Numbered from the stretch's first letter, positions 11,425 to 21,891 are shown. The stretch: DNA of 62,079 nucleotides from an uncultured Terriglobus sp. (GCA_964246215.1 CAXTPQ010000005.1:39738-101816); one strand, 5' to 3'. Numbers and translations are program-made. The notes: generated by a model from the sequence alone, not told the origin.

Positions 11425-13340
11425 AGCTGTGCCCTCGCGATCTCACGCGTGCCATGTTGCCGGGTTGCCAAAGGGAGACGCACCGCAAATAGGGTACCGC
11501 GCGTGGGCGATTCCGCAACAGCGTCGGACTCAACTTCGACAGTGCCGCCCATCATTTGCACCATGCGCCAGGTCATCGCCAGCCCAATGCCGCTTCCGGT
11601 GGACTTGGTGGTGAAGTACAGGTGGAAGATGCGGTCCAGCAGCTCCGGCGCAATGCCCTCGCCGGTGTCGCGGATGCGAATGGCAATTTCACCGCGCTCC
11701 CGAGCCGTTTGAATGTAGAGCGTTCCGCCGCCCGGCATAGCATCCATCGCGTTCAGAACAATGTTCAGTAGAGCCTGGTGCAGCATCTCCGAATCAACCA
11801 GGACGCGTTCGTTAGCCGCATCGTTGGCGACCTGCACGGTAATGCGGCGAAGCGAAGCGTCCACGGAAACAAGCCGTAGCACCGACTCAATGAGCGGCCC
11901 GATGGTGCGTTCGCGCAATTGCGGCTCCAAGGGACGGCTGAAGTCGGCCAGAGTTTGTACCACCCGGTCCAATCGAGCCATCTCACTGGCCAGCACGTCC
12001 ACATGCCGTCCGGCACCATCGACGGGCGCGCTGCTCTTGTCCAGCTTGCTGCGCAGCAGTTCCAGGTGCAGCACCATGGCATTGATCGGATTCTTAACCT
12101 CATGACCGACCCCGGCGGTCAGCCGGCCGATGCTGGCCAGCCGCCGGGAAAGGTCGATCTCCCGCTCGATTTCTTCCTGTGCGGCTGCGTCGTGCAGCGT
12201 CAGCATCGCTCCCAATGAGGTAGTTGCGGAGGAGTTCTTTCCGTTGACTCCGGCAAAGGGAAAGTTGAGCGACAGTTCGACAGCTCGTCCATCCCATAGA
12301 GTTGCTGGGCGATTTTGTAAAGGCTGCTTTGCGGAAAGAGCCGCTCGAATGAGTTCGCCGACCGCGGTTTCCGCAGGAAAGATGGCACCGATTGACTGAC
12401 CGGTGAGATTTGCCGGGGACGGCAGGAAATTGCGGGCGGAGTCGCTGGCCATCAGCACCGTTCCATCCGCCGCCAGCAATAGCACGCCATCTTTCAGGGT
12501 CTGCAACATCTGCGAAAGATTGCTCGCCAGTTCCGTCCGCTGCTGGGCAGAGGTGCGCAACTGCTCATCCAGGCGTGTGATGGTGGTGGAGACTTCCTGC
12601 ACGGCATCGCGCCGGGGCTGCGCCAGGCTTGGCGCGCTGGCCTGTTCCGGTTCGCCCGACAGAGCAGAAAGCCGGCGGCTGATCTGTTCAATGGGCCGGA
12701 CTGCCAGCGACGACAGAAGGACGGCGGCGGCCAGGGATATGCCAAGAGCTGTCAGCCCGATCAGTCCTGCCTCCCGCAGCCAGGGGGCGAAGGCGTTGCG
12801 CAGCAGAGAGGAGCGCACACCGATGTGCGCGTACAAGAACGGTTGGCCGTTCCTCTCCAGCGGCAGCACGGTATCCAGCACCTCCGGCTTGCCGAAAACA
12901 GTTTTCACCTGCTGCGCAATGCCGCCTGTGGCAAAGGTGGACAGCAGCCGGCGTTGAGGAGGCCGGCTTCCCATGATGGCGGGATTGCTGCTCAGCAGCA
13001 CACGACCATTGGCTCCGCTGACGGAAACGTCCTGCACCGTGGGCGAATACTCCACGATCGCGTCGATCGTTTGCGTGAGTGCCTGGTCCTGCTGCAGGGT
13101 CTTCGTAATGGCCTTTTCAAAGGCCGCTTCTCCCGGTTCCGCCGTCGCGTTGGCCGCAAGATCGTTCTCCAGCGCTGTCCGCATCGATAGAAGCACTTCA
13201 TGCGCTAAAACGACGTTCGATGCCTCGGCCTGGGAAAGGCGGCCGCGCAGAAGTTGTGAAAAAAAGACAGAGCAGAGCGTCGCTGTCAGCAGCACTGTGA
13301 AGACAGAGGTGGCCAGCACCAATTTGGTCTTCAGCCGCAT
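11421..13340 (-). CDS. Membrane sensor histidine kinase (periplasmic sensor, HAMP, PAS-like, HisKA, HATPase)
   Basis: Two TM segments; H-box GHEVKNP, N-box NIVLNAMDAM, DTGEGI, FTTK..GSGIGL. Confidence 0.92.
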   Translation of the reverse strand: MRLKTKLVLATSVFTVLLTATLCSVFFSQLLRGRLSQAEASNVVLAHEVLLSMRTALENDLAANATAEPGEAAFEKAITKTLQQDQALTQTIDAIVEYSPTVQDVSVSGANGRVLLSSNPAIMGSRPPQRRLLSTFATGGIAQQVKTVFGKPEVLDTVLPLERNGQPFLYAHIGVRSSLLRNAFAPWLREAGLIGLTALGISLAAAVLLSSLAVRPIEQISRRLSALSGEPEQASAPSLAQPRRDAVQEVSTTITRLDEQLRTSAQQRTELASNLSQMLQTLKDGVLLLAADGTVLMASDSARNFLPSPANLTGQSIGAIFPAETAVGELIRAALSAKQPLQNRPATLWDGRAVELSLNFPFAGVNGKNSSATTSLGAMLTLHDAAAQEEIEREIDLSRRLASIGRLTAGVGHEVKNPINAMVLHLELLRSKLDKSSAPVDGAGRHVDVLASEMARLDRVVQTLADFSRPLEPQLRERTIGPLIESVLRLVSVDASLRRITVQVANDAANERVLVDSEMLHQALLNIVLNAMDAMPGGGTLYIQTARERGEIAIRIRDTGEGIAPELLDRIFHLYFTTKSTGSGIGLAMTWRMVQMMGGTVEVESDAVAESPTRGTLFAVRLPLATRQHGTREIARAQL

Positions 13341-13429
13341 TGTTCCCCTCGCCTCAAGCCTCCATCATGCCCCATCCGGCGTATGCCGTGCTTGATCAGG
13401 TACCGTCCCGCATACTGGCTAGGCCCGTA

Positions 13430-14881
13430 TCAACGCGCGGCGGCTTCTGTGCTGGCGTACTCCTTGAGCTTATTCTGCAGCGTCTTTGAACTGATGCCGA
13501 GGATTTCCGCGGCACGTGTTTTGTTATTTCTGGTGGATTCGAGCGTGCGCAGGATCAGCTGCTTTTCAGCCTGGTCTACCGTGGTGCCGACCGTGACCTG
13601 CACAACTTCCCGGTCGTCCAGGATAGCGGGATGCGGAAGGTCCAAGCTGGGCTGGAACAGCTGAGGAACAGGCGCGGCGATGGCTCCGTGCGCCGGTGGA
13701 ATGAAGCCTTCCTCGCCAAAATTTGGCGGCAGGTGAGAAACATTTAGCCGTTCATTCCCCGCCATGATGACTGCACGCTCAATGGTGTTCCGCAGTTCGC
13801 GGGCATTGCCCGGCCAGGGGTAGCGCTCCAGGCGAGCCAACAGCGTAGGCGCGATCCCCGGAACGGTGGTGCCGTGGCGTGCATTCATCTCTTCCACCAT
13901 GGCCTCGGCAATAGCGGGAATGTCGCCTGCATGTGTGCGCAGTGCGGGCATTTCGATGTGGAAAACATTCAGCCGGTAATACAGATCACCGCGGAGTTCA
14001 CCACTGGCCACGGCCGACTGAGGATCCTTGTTGGTCGCGGCAATTACACGCACATTGACAGATGTTTCTTCACGGGCACCCAGACGGCGGAGCTTGCGGT
14101 CTTCCAGCACGCGCAGAAGTTTGGTCTGAGTGGCAGCGGGCATCTCGCCGATTTCATCCAGCAGCAGCGTGCCCTCCTCGGCAAGCTCGAAACAGCCGGC
14201 GCGCCGCTCCTGCGCTCCGGTGAAGGCTCCGCGCTCATGCCCGAAAATTTCGCTTTCAATGAGTGTTTCCGGAATGGCGGCGCAGTTCACAGCCACAAAA
14301 GGCTTGTGGCGCCGGCCGCTCAGCAGATGCAGCGCCCGGGCGGCGAGTTCCTTGCCCGTGCCGCTTTCTCCCGTAATCAAAACGCTCACATTGGTAGGAG
14401 CGATGCGTTCAATGGTGCGGTAGACCTCCTGCATGGCTGTCGAGCCGCCGATCAGGGGACCAAGCCGCCCCTGCTGACTTGGCTCTTCTGAGGATGGGCG
14501 TTGCTCCGTCTCCTCCATCTGTTCACTGGCGTTCTGCAGGATGGTTCGCAGGCGCGATGGATCGATCGGCTTCTGAATATAGTCGTACGCGCCCATGCGC
14601 ATGGCATGCACGGCGGAATCCACGGCTCCGTGCGCCGTAACCATCACCACGGCGACTTTCTGCTGCAACTCGCCGATGCGGTCGAGCATTTGCAGGCCAT
14701 CCATGCGCGGCATCATCAGGTCAGAGACCACGACAGCCGGTGACCAGCGCTGCACCATCTCAAAGCCGGCGACACCATCCGCTGCCGTTTCGGTGCGATA
14801 TCCCCAGGATGTCACGAGCTCTGCAAGCCCGGCGCGTGCGTTTGCCTCGTCTTCGACGATTAATACTTTCGTCTGAGCCAC
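13430..14881 (-). CDS. NtrC-family sigma-54-dependent response regulator
   Basis: Receiver (VEDE, SDLMMP), GESGTGKE, GAFTGA, LLLDEIGEM, WPGNAREL, Fis-type HTH. Confidence 0.93.
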   Translation of the reverse strand: MAQTKVLIVEDEANARAGLAELVTSWGYRTETAADGVAGFEMVQRWSPAVVVSDLMMPRMDGLQMLDRIGELQQKVAVVMVTAHGAVDSAVHAMRMGAYDYIQKPIDPSRLRTILQNASEQMEETEQRPSSEEPSQQGRLGPLIGGSTAMQEVYRTIERIAPTNVSVLITGESGTGKELAARALHLLSGRRHKPFVAVNCAAIPETLIESEIFGHERGAFTGAQERRAGCFELAEEGTLLLDEIGEMPAATQTKLLRVLEDRKLRRLGAREETSVNVRVIAATNKDPQSAVASGELRGDLYYRLNVFHIEMPALRTHAGDIPAIAEAMVEEMNARHGTTVPGIAPTLLARLERYPWPGNARELRNTIERAVIMAGNERLNVSHLPPNFGEEGFIPPAHGAIAAPVPQLFQPSLDLPHPAILDDREVVQVTVGTTVDQAEKQLILRTLESTRNNKTRAAEILGISSKTLQNKLKEYASTEAAAR

Positions 14882-14948
14882 CTATCCTCTTTTCGTTTGT
14901 CACTCTATGGATGCAACAGATGCATCGCGGTTTGCGTATTCTGAACAA

Positions 14949-15275
14949 GTGCTAGATTACGAAATTTCCGCAGCAGAGCTAAAAAAGCTCCGAGATGAGA
15001 ACCCTACCCTTACCATTCTGGATGTTCGCGAGCCCTGGGAGGTCGCCACGGCGTCGCTGACAGGCAGCAAAGACATTCCCATGGGTGAGGTGCCGGCGCG
15101 AGCGCACACCGAACTCGACCCAGACGGGCGCATCGTGGTGCTTTGTCACCACGGAATGCGTTCACTGAGTGTTACGACGTGGTTGCGGCGGGAAGGTTTC
15201 GATCAGGCACAGTCGCTTGCCGGCGGAATTGACGGCTGGTCCCGCGAAGTCGATCCAAAAGTGCCGCTGTATTAA
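14949..15275 (+). CDS. Rhodanese-like sulfurtransferase
   Basis: LDVREPWE, CHHGMRS active loop, LAGGIDGW; GTG 14949 follows TATTCT. Confidence 0.85.
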   Translation: MLDYEISAAELKKLRDENPTLTILDVREPWEVATASLTGSKDIPMGEVPARAHTELDPDGRIVVLCHHGMRSLSVTTWLRREGFDQAQSLAGGIDGWSREVDPKVPLY

Positions 15276-15390
15276 GTCACAACGACCGGTAGCTCGAGCA
15301 GATTTGGCCTTCTCCGAAGGAGTAAAGCTGCTTGCTGGGTGTGCAGATCTCTATGTGTAAACGTGTCAAGTAAGTCAAAGCAGGAGGGCT

Positions 15391-16767
15391 ATGAGCATGC
15401 TGGAAGCGGCGCTGCAGTTTGCGGAAAAAAATAGGGAAGCGGCGCTGGAGCAGCTGAAGACTTTTTTAAGGATCCCGTCGGTCTCGACGCTGCCCGACCA
15501 TGCGGCGGATGTGCGCCGGGCTGCGGAGTTCCTGGCTGCGGAACTGCGCCGCATTGGCATGGAAAATGTTCACTTGATTGAGGGTACCGGCCACCCGCTG
15601 GTCTATGCCGACCATTTGTACGCTCCCGGCAAGCCGACTGTGCTGTGCTACGGCCATTACGATGTGCAGCCGCCCGATCCGCTGGACGAGTGGCTCTCGC
15701 CGCCATTTGAGCCGGAGGTACGGAACGGAAATGTCTATGCGCGTGGCGCGGTGGACGACAAAGGCCAGCTCTGGATGCATGTGAAAGCTCTGGAGGCGCT
15801 GCTGCAGGATGGCGGCAAGCTGCCGGTGAACATCCGCATGCTTGCCGAGGGCGAAGAGGAGGTGGGTGGTGAAAGCATCGCGGCCTATTTGCGGGAAAAG
15901 CCGGAGACACTGAAGGCTGATGTGGCACTGGTGAGTGACACGGACATGTTTGCGCCAGACCTGCCGACCATCTGCGTGGGTCTGCGCGGCATGATCTACA
16001 CCGAAATCGAGGTTCGTGGCGCGAAGGGCGACCTGCACAGCGGGATGTATGGCGGGGCCGCCCCCAATCCCTTCATCGCGTTGGCGCAGATCATTGCGCG
16101 GCTTAAGGATGAGCAGGGAAACATCCTGATCCCAGGCCTTCTGGACACTGTCGAATCTCCGAGCGAAGCAGAGTTGGCGGCATGGAAACGCCTGCCCTTT
16201 GATGAGGACCGCTACCGAGCGGAGGATGTGGGCGCGAGTGAGCTGGTGGGTGAGCCTGGATTCAGCGTGCTGGAACGGCTATGGGCACGGCCCACGCTGG
16301 AGGTGCATGGCATGCCGGGCGGGTTCACCGGTGCAGGGGCAAAAACAGTGATTCCGGCGAAGGCGACTGCTAAAGTATCCATGCGTCTGGTGCCGGGCAT
16401 GGAGCCGCAACGGACGTTTTCCATGCTTCGGGATCATGTCGCCTTTGTCGCACCGCGAGGTGTCTCGGTCGAAACGCGATTGATCCACTCCGGTGACCCA
16501 GTGGTGGTCAGCACGGATAATCCGTTCATCCAAGCCGCGACCGATGCCATGCAGGCCGTCTTTCATCGCGAAACGGTCTTCGTGCGGGGTGGCGGGTCCA
16601 TCCCGATCGTTGGCGATTTCGAGCGCAATTTGAGAATCCCGACCGTGCTGATGGGCTTTGGACTGCCGGACGACAACCTGCATGCCCCCAACGAGAAGTT
16701 TCACCTGGCGAACTTCTACCGTGGCATTGAGAGCCTGATTCGATTCTTCACCCTTGTGGGAGCGTGA
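15391..16767 (+). CDS. M20 family dipeptidase
   Basis: YGHYDVQP, RGAVDDKG, EGEEE, DLHSG, HAPNE; AGGAGG RBS. Confidence 0.92.
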   Translation: MSMLEAALQFAEKNREAALEQLKTFLRIPSVSTLPDHAADVRRAAEFLAAELRRIGMENVHLIEGTGHPLVYADHLYAPGKPTVLCYGHYDVQPPDPLDEWLSPPFEPEVRNGNVYARGAVDDKGQLWMHVKALEALLQDGGKLPVNIRMLAEGEEEVGGESIAAYLREKPETLKADVALVSDTDMFAPDLPTICVGLRGMIYTEIEVRGAKGDLHSGMYGGAAPNPFIALAQIIARLKDEQGNILIPGLLDTVESPSEAELAAWKRLPFDEDRYRAEDVGASELVGEPGFSVLERLWARPTLEVHGMPGGFTGAGAKTVIPAKATAKVSMRLVPGMEPQRTFSMLRDHVAFVAPRGVSVETRLIHSGDPVVVSTDNPFIQAATDAMQAVFHRETVFVRGGGSIPIVGDFERNLRIPTVLMGFGLPDDNLHAPNEKFHLANFYRGIESLIRFFTLVGA

Positions 16768-17450
16768 TGCCGGCGGGGGATGGCGAGCCCCTGTTACAGC
16801 CGCGTGGCTACGTGCTGGCCGGCGGCCAGAGCCGGCGCATGGGCCAGGACAAAGCTTTCGTTCTCCTCAGCGGCAAGCCTCTCATCCAGATCGCGGTGGA
16901 GCGGCTGAACGAGGTCTGCTCAGAGGTCCGCATTCTGAGCGGGACAAGCAGTTCTGCCCGTGCGGCCGCGCTATCTGAGTTTGCGGGCGTGATTCCAGAC
17001 GCAACGCCGGAACTCGGACCGCTTGCGGGTGTGCTGGCCGCGCTCACAGACACGGGCATGGGATGGTGCTTGATCACAGCAGTTGACCAGCCTCTCGTGA
17101 CTTCGCACATGCTCTCAGATTGGCTGCAGTGGGCAATGCAGCAGCAGGAGATTAGCGCATCCTGGCTCTGTGAGACCCCGTGCAACCAGGCAAATCTAGA
17201 GCACCTGCCCGTTCTGCTGCACACGCGCTTGCTGCCCATTCTGTCCCGAGTCGTCCAAAGCGGTGAACGCAAGCTCATGCAAGCCATTCAGCTCGCAATT
17301 CAACAGCAGAATTCTCAGTTCCTCGCTTTTCCAGTCAACGGCGGAACCGACTGGACGTTGAACCTGAACACACCGGCGGACGTGGACCGGGCGCAACGCA
17401 TTGTTGAGCAGTACGGGCCGAACCAAAACGCCGCTGGAGCATCTGAATAG
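16764..17450 (+). CDS. mobA: Molybdenum cofactor guanylyltransferase
   Basis: LAGGQSRRMGQDKA, GPLAG, AVDQP, NLNTPAD. Confidence 0.85.
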   Translation: MMPAGDGEPLLQPRGYVLAGGQSRRMGQDKAFVLLSGKPLIQIAVERLNEVCSEVRILSGTSSSARAAALSEFAGVIPDATPELGPLAGVLAALTDTGMGWCLITAVDQPLVTSHMLSDWLQWAMQQQEISASWLCETPCNQANLEHLPVLLHTRLLPILSRVVQSGERKLMQAIQLAIQQQNSQFLAFPVNGGTDWTLNLNTPADVDRAQRIVEQYGPNQNAAGASE

Positions 17451-17453
17451 CCT

Positions 17454-18479
17454 ATGGCGGAGAACGAACAACAAGCGCAAACGTCAACTGGCGAGCAGAA
17501 TACCAAGCAGGACGAAGCGGCCGCTCAGCCTGGAGGTCAGACCCTGGCCCAGGCTCTTGTCGCGGAAGCATCCGAGCCGAACGAGCATCTAGTCGCGCCA
17601 CCACTGGTGGTGGATGAGGAGGCGCTCAACCGGCCGCTGATTGAAGAAGTCTCTCCGGACGTTGCACAAGAAGTCGGCGACTTCATCGCGGAAGCCGCCG
17701 AACAGAATGAGCAGACGGAAGCCAAGCCCGCCACCAGCTACATCGCCTTCAGCCATGTGGAGAAGTCGTTCGGCGACTTTCATGTGTTGCAGGATGTGAG
17801 CTTCTGCGTGAATCAGGGCGAGACGCTCTGCATTTTGGGCCGCTCCGGTGTCGGCAAGTCGGTTTCGCTGCAGATGCTGATGGGTTTTCTGAAGCCCGAC
17901 GGTGGTTCGATCAAAGTCGCCGGAGAAGAAATCACCGGCTTCAGTGAGCGCGAGATGCAGGCAATCCGGCGGAAAGTCACGATGGTTTTTCAGAATGGTG
18001 CCCTTTTTGATTCCATCTCCGTTGGAGAAAATGTCGCTTTTCCACTGCGTGAGAAGGGCGAACTGTCGGATGAGCAGATCCGGCAAGTGGTAAAGGGATT
18101 GCTCGAGATGGTGGGCGTAGCCGGTATGGACGATCTGCTGCCCAGTGATCTATCCACCGGCATGAAGCGCTCCATTGCCATTGCCAGAGCGCTGGCTTCG
18201 CAACCTGAAGCAATACTTTACGACGAGCCGACGACCATGGTGGACCCACTGATGGGACATTTACTTGGAGATTTAATCGAGCGGTTGAAGCGGCAACTGC
18301 ATCTGACCAGTATCGTTGTGACACATGACATGCGCTTTGCCCGGAAATTGGCGGACCGGGTTTTGTTCCTGCACGAGGGAAAAGCTCAGTTCTTTGGTAC
18401 TGTTGAGGAGCTGGAACATACAGAAAACATTGTCTTGAAAGAATTTCTTTCCATGGATGAGTTGTTACTGCCGGCCTAG
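17454..18479 (+). CDS. MlaF/Mkl-type ABC ATP-binding protein with an acidic N-terminal extension
   Basis: GRSGVGKS, VFQNGALFDS, LSTGMKR, LYDEPT, VTHD. Confidence 0.85.
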   Translation: MAENEQQAQTSTGEQNTKQDEAAAQPGGQTLAQALVAEASEPNEHLVAPPLVVDEEALNRPLIEEVSPDVAQEVGDFIAEAAEQNEQTEAKPATSYIAFSHVEKSFGDFHVLQDVSFCVNQGETLCILGRSGVGKSVSLQMLMGFLKPDGGSIKVAGEEITGFSEREMQAIRRKVTMVFQNGALFDSISVGENVAFPLREKGELSDEQIRQVVKGLLEMVGVAGMDDLLPSDLSTGMKRSIAIARALASQPEAILYDEPTTMVDPLMGHLLGDLIERLKRQLHLTSIVVTHDMRFARKLADRVLFLHEGKAQFFGTVEELEHTENIVLKEFLSMDELLLPA

Positions 18480-18484
18480 TTGTA

Positions 18485-18506
18485 TGTCACTTTCGTGTTA
18501 CTTTCG
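18485..18506 (+). promoter_or_regulatory. Tandem 11-bp direct repeat, candidate OmpR/PhoB-type operator
   Basis: TGTCACTTTCG TGTTACTTTCG, about 150 bp upstream of the sugar transferase. Confidence 0.35.
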
Positions 18507-18658
18507 TTGCTGTCACCGCAACTCTTCTTTATCCTCGGGTCATGGAATGAGAGCTTGAGCACCACCAGCCGGAGAATGTCTTCCGACGGTGTCCGATCTG
18601 CCTTGTGGCAGTTCTGGCTCTCATCATTGCGAAGCTCAGTATCGGGGATACGGTAAGC

Positions 18659-20167
18659 ATGTCTACACGCGAGTTCACCGACGGCTTCGGATTACATCAG
18701 CCGAGACGCGTTGCAGAGCAGCCATCCTTGCGGATGGGGCAGGGCACGCTTAGTCAGCCGTCCATTGCGGCAAGCGCCTGGATGCTGCTGGATATTTCCA
18801 CTGTTTTGATTGCGAGCTTGATTGCACTCCGCATCCGCAGCGATGTGGCTGAGAGCAGCGGCATTCTGTACTCGGCCGGGCTTCGGCATGAATTGCTTGG
18901 ACCCTTGGGTGTTTACCTGGCGTGGTTTGCCGCTTGCCTCATTTCATTTACACATTCGTACGGCTTGTATGGCCCGATTCAGAACCGCAGTGGACTCAAC
19001 GAGCAGCGGATGACCATCCAGGCAACTCTGGTCTCCGGCCTCATTCTTTGTGGAACGATTTACCTGTCCCGCGGTGAATTCGCGTCACGCATCGTGGTGA
19101 TCCTGTGCGTACTGATGACGGCGGCCATGCTTTGCGCGCGGCGGGCTCTCTGGCGGTCACTGGTGTATAGCCGTTATCGCGACGGTATCGACACACGCAA
19201 TGTCCTCATCCTCGGCTCGGGCCGTGTGGCTCACGCGCTGCGCAACCATCTGGAGTCATTGCGCCACCTGGGCTTTCGCTTCAAAGGCTTCATTGCAATC
19301 AACGAGGCAGAGCAGGAGTCGGGCGAGCCGGACATCATCGGCAACCAGCGCAACTGCCTGGCGCTCGCACGCGCTCTCTTTGTCGATGAGATTTTTATCT
19401 CAGTCCCGGCGGAAAAGCAGATGGTGATCTCTCTTGTGGAGGAGGCACGCGCGCTGGGCATTGACGTGCGCGTTGTGCCGGACCTTTACGACGGCCTAGC
19501 CTGGAATGCACCCGTGGAGTACGTCGGCCAGTTTCCAACGATCCCGCTGCACCGGAGGGAGTTCCCCATTGGCTCCTTCATGCTCAAGCGCATGCTGGAC
19601 ATCACAATCTCCATAGTCGCCCTGATCCTGCTCTTACCATTGCTGTCGTTGATAGTTCTTGCCGTCCGTCTGGACTCCCAAGGGCCGATTTTCTACTCGG
19701 CAAAAAGAATCGGGCGCAAGGGACGAACCTTTGACTGCTACAAGTTTCGAACCATGGTGCCCAATGCCGAAGCCATGCTGCAGAGCATGGGTCACTTGAA
19801 TGAACGTGACGGCATCCTGTTCAAAGTCACCAATGACCCGCGCATTACCCGGGTCGGGCGGATTCTGCGGAAATATTCGCTGGATGAACTGCCACAATTC
19901 TGGAATGTGGTGCGCGGCGACATGAGTCTGGTGGGCCCGCGGCCCCCCATGGCGGCGGAGGTTGAGCAGTACGACCTGGCTCATTTACGAAGGCTAGACG
20001 TGTTGCCGGGCATCACTGGATTGTGGCAGGTGGAAGCGCGGCAGGATCCGTCGTTTGACAGCTATATCTCGCTTGACACGGCTTATGTTGAGAACTGGAC
20101 GCTCTGGCTGGACCTGAAAATCATGGTTCGCACGGTGAGTGTCGTGCTGGGTGGAACCGGCACTTAA
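18659..20167 (+). CDS. WcaJ/WbaP-family polyprenyl glycosylphosphotransferase (priming glycosyltransferase)
   Basis: N-terminal TMs, CoA-binding-like domain, [43 protein letters not shown]. Confidence 0.92.
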   Translation: MSTREFTDGFGLHQPRRVAEQPSLRMGQGTLSQPSIAASAWMLLDISTVLIASLIALRIRSDVAESSGILYSAGLRHELLGPLGVYLAWFAACLISFTHSYGLYGPIQNRSGLNEQRMTIQATLVSGLILCGTIYLSRGEFASRIVVILCVLMTAAMLCARRALWRSLVYSRYRDGIDTRNVLILGSGRVAHALRNHLESLRHLGFRFKGFIAINEAEQESGEPDIIGNQRNCLALARALFVDEIFISVPAEKQMVISLVEEARALGIDVRVVPDLYDGLAWNAPVEYVGQFPTIPLHRREFPIGSFMLKRMLDITISIVALILLLPLLSLIVLAVRLDSQGPIFYSAKRIGRKGRTFDCYKFRTMVPNAEAMLQSMGHLNERDGILFKVTNDPRITRVGRILRKYSLDELPQFWNVVRGDMSLVGPRPPMAAEVEQYDLAHLRRLDVLPGITGLWQVEARQDPSFDSYISLDTAYVENWTLWLDLKIMVRTVSVVLGGTGT

Positions 20168-20184
20168 ACGATGGCGCGCCAACG

Positions 20185-20190
20185 TAGAAT
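20185..20190 (+). promoter_or_regulatory. -10 element of a probable leaderless promoter (nadE)
   Basis: TAGAAT 6 nt before GTG 20197. Confidence 0.55.
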
Positions 20191-20196
20191 AAGCCT

Positions 20197-21891
20197 GTGA
20201 AGATCGCGCTTTGTCAGCTCAATCCTACGGTAGGCGACTTTCAGAACAATGTCGGCAAGTTGTTGGCGGCTGCTGAATACGCTGCCGGTCAGGGTGCCCG
20301 CCTAGCGGTATTTCCGGAATTGAGCACGTGCGGCTATCCCCCGGCCGACCTCTTGGAAAAGACAGAGTTCCTCGATCAGGCGGAAGCCGCGATGCAGCGG
20401 ATCACGGTAGTTTCTGCTGAGGCATTCATGCCCGCGATCCTCTTTGGCACGGTCTTGCGATCGGACAAACGGCCTGGCAAGCCCGCGCGCAATGTGAGCG
20501 TACTGTGCGACGGCGGCAAGGTATTGCTGGTTCAGCAAAAGATGCTGCTGCCGTTTTATGACGTTTTTGACGAGCAGCGCTACTTTGAAGCGGGTGACGA
20601 TCAGTCGCTCGTGGAATTGGATGGCGAAACACTGGCCATTACCATTTGTGAGGACGCCTGGAACGACAAGGAGTTCTGGCCCGAGCGCTTGTACAGCAAC
20701 GATCCCGTTGAGAAGCTCATGGCAAAGCGCGGTGCTGCCGGGCAAAAGGCGACAGTCATTCTGAACATCTCTGCTTCACCCTACTGGCAAGGCAAGCAGC
20801 AGGTGCGGCGCGAGATGCTGGCTATGCTGGCAAAGCGGCATGGGGTCACGGTGGCTCTGGCGAACCAGGTGGGGGGCAATGACAGCTTGTTGTTTGACGG
20901 CGCGTCCTTTGCTATCGGCTGCGATGGTGGGCTGCTTGCCGCGGCAGCCTCGTTCCGCGAAGATACCGTGCTGTTCGATACGGACTGCGAACCGGTGCAT
21001 CTGCCCGCAACGCTGGTGGGGGAGGTGGAGACCGACTGGCAGGGTCTGGTGATGGGTGTGCGGGATTACGTGGCCAAAACAGGGTTTTCAAAAGTGCTAA
21101 TCGGCTTGAGTGGCGGCATTGACTCTGCCGTGGTGGCCGCCCTGGCCGTGGAAGCCTTGGGCAAGGATTACGTGCTGGGTGTCGGCATGCCGAGCGAGTA
21201 TTCATCGAGCGGCTCCATTGAGGATGCTCGTCAGCTAGCAGAAAACCTTGAAATTCGCTTTGAGTTGCTCCCGATTCGTGACGGCTTCAACAGCCTGGAG
21301 CACACGCTTGAGCCGCTTTTCCGCAATACTGAATTTGGTTTGGCCGAGGAGAATCTGCAATCCCGCCTGCGTGGAACACTGCTGATGACGCTGTCGAACA
21401 AGTTCGGTCATCTGGTCCTGACGACCGGCAACAAGAGCGAGATGTCCGTCGGGTACTGCACCCTGTATGGCGACATGGTCGGAGCTCTCGCGGTGATCGG
21501 AGACGTGTGGAAGACACGTGTTTACCAGCTCGCCCACCATGCCAACCGCCACGGCGAAGTCATCCCGTACAACACCATCAGCAAGCCACCCTCCGCCGAA
21601 CTGCGGCCGGGGCAGATGGACACGGATTCCTTGCCACCGTATGAGGTACTCGATCCTTTGCTGCAGGCATATGTCGAGCGATACGAGTCTGTCGAGGAGA
21701 TCGCGGCTTCGCAGAATTTGTCGCTCGACAGGGTTGGGCAGGTGATCGCCCTGGTCGAGCGGAGCGAGTACAAGCGCCAGCAGGCGGCTCCGGTATTGAA
21801 GATCACGCGGAAGAGCTTTGGCAACGGGCGGCGCTTTCCGATTGCGGCACGCTTTCGCCGCACGCTAATGCCCGCGGGCCAGAGCAGCTAG
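20197..21891 (+). CDS. nadE: Glutamine-dependent NAD+ synthetase
   Basis: Nitrilase domain (FPEL, ICED) plus GLSGGIDS, ENLQSRLRG, TGNKSE, PPSAEL. Confidence 0.95.
   Translation: MKIALCQLNPTVGDFQNNVGKLLAAAEYAAGQGARLAVFPELSTCGYPPADLLEKTEFLDQAEAAMQRITVVSAEAFMPAILFGTVLRSDKRPGKPARNVSVLCDGGKVLLVQQKMLLPFYDVFDEQRYFEAGDDQSLVELDGETLAITICEDAWNDKEFWPERLYSNDPVEKLMAKRGAAGQKATVILNISASPYWQGKQQVRREMLAMLAKRHGVTVALANQVGGNDSLLFDGASFAIGCDGGLLAAAASFREDTVLFDTDCEPVHLPATLVGEVETDWQGLVMGVRDYVAKTGFSKVLIGLSGGIDSAVVAALAVEALGKDYVLGVGMPSEYSSSGSIEDARQLAENLEIRFELLPIRDGFNSLEHTLEPLFRNTEFGLAEENLQSRLRGTLLMTLSNKFGHLVLTTGNKSEMSVGYCTLYGDMVGALAVIGDVWKTRVYQLAHHANRHGEVIPYNTISKPPSAELRPGQMDTDSLPPYEVLDPLLQAYVERYESVEEIAASQNLSLDRVGQVIALVERSEYKRQQAAPVLKITRKSFGNGRRFPIAARFRRTLMPAGQSS

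Noticed and set aside
15280-15345. Hairpin upstream of the dipeptidase-mobA genes as a Moco riboswitch
   Set aside because: A stem-loop can be drawn (GAGCAG/CTGCTT, CCTTC/GAAGG) but I cannot match the motif consensus; needs an Rfam search.
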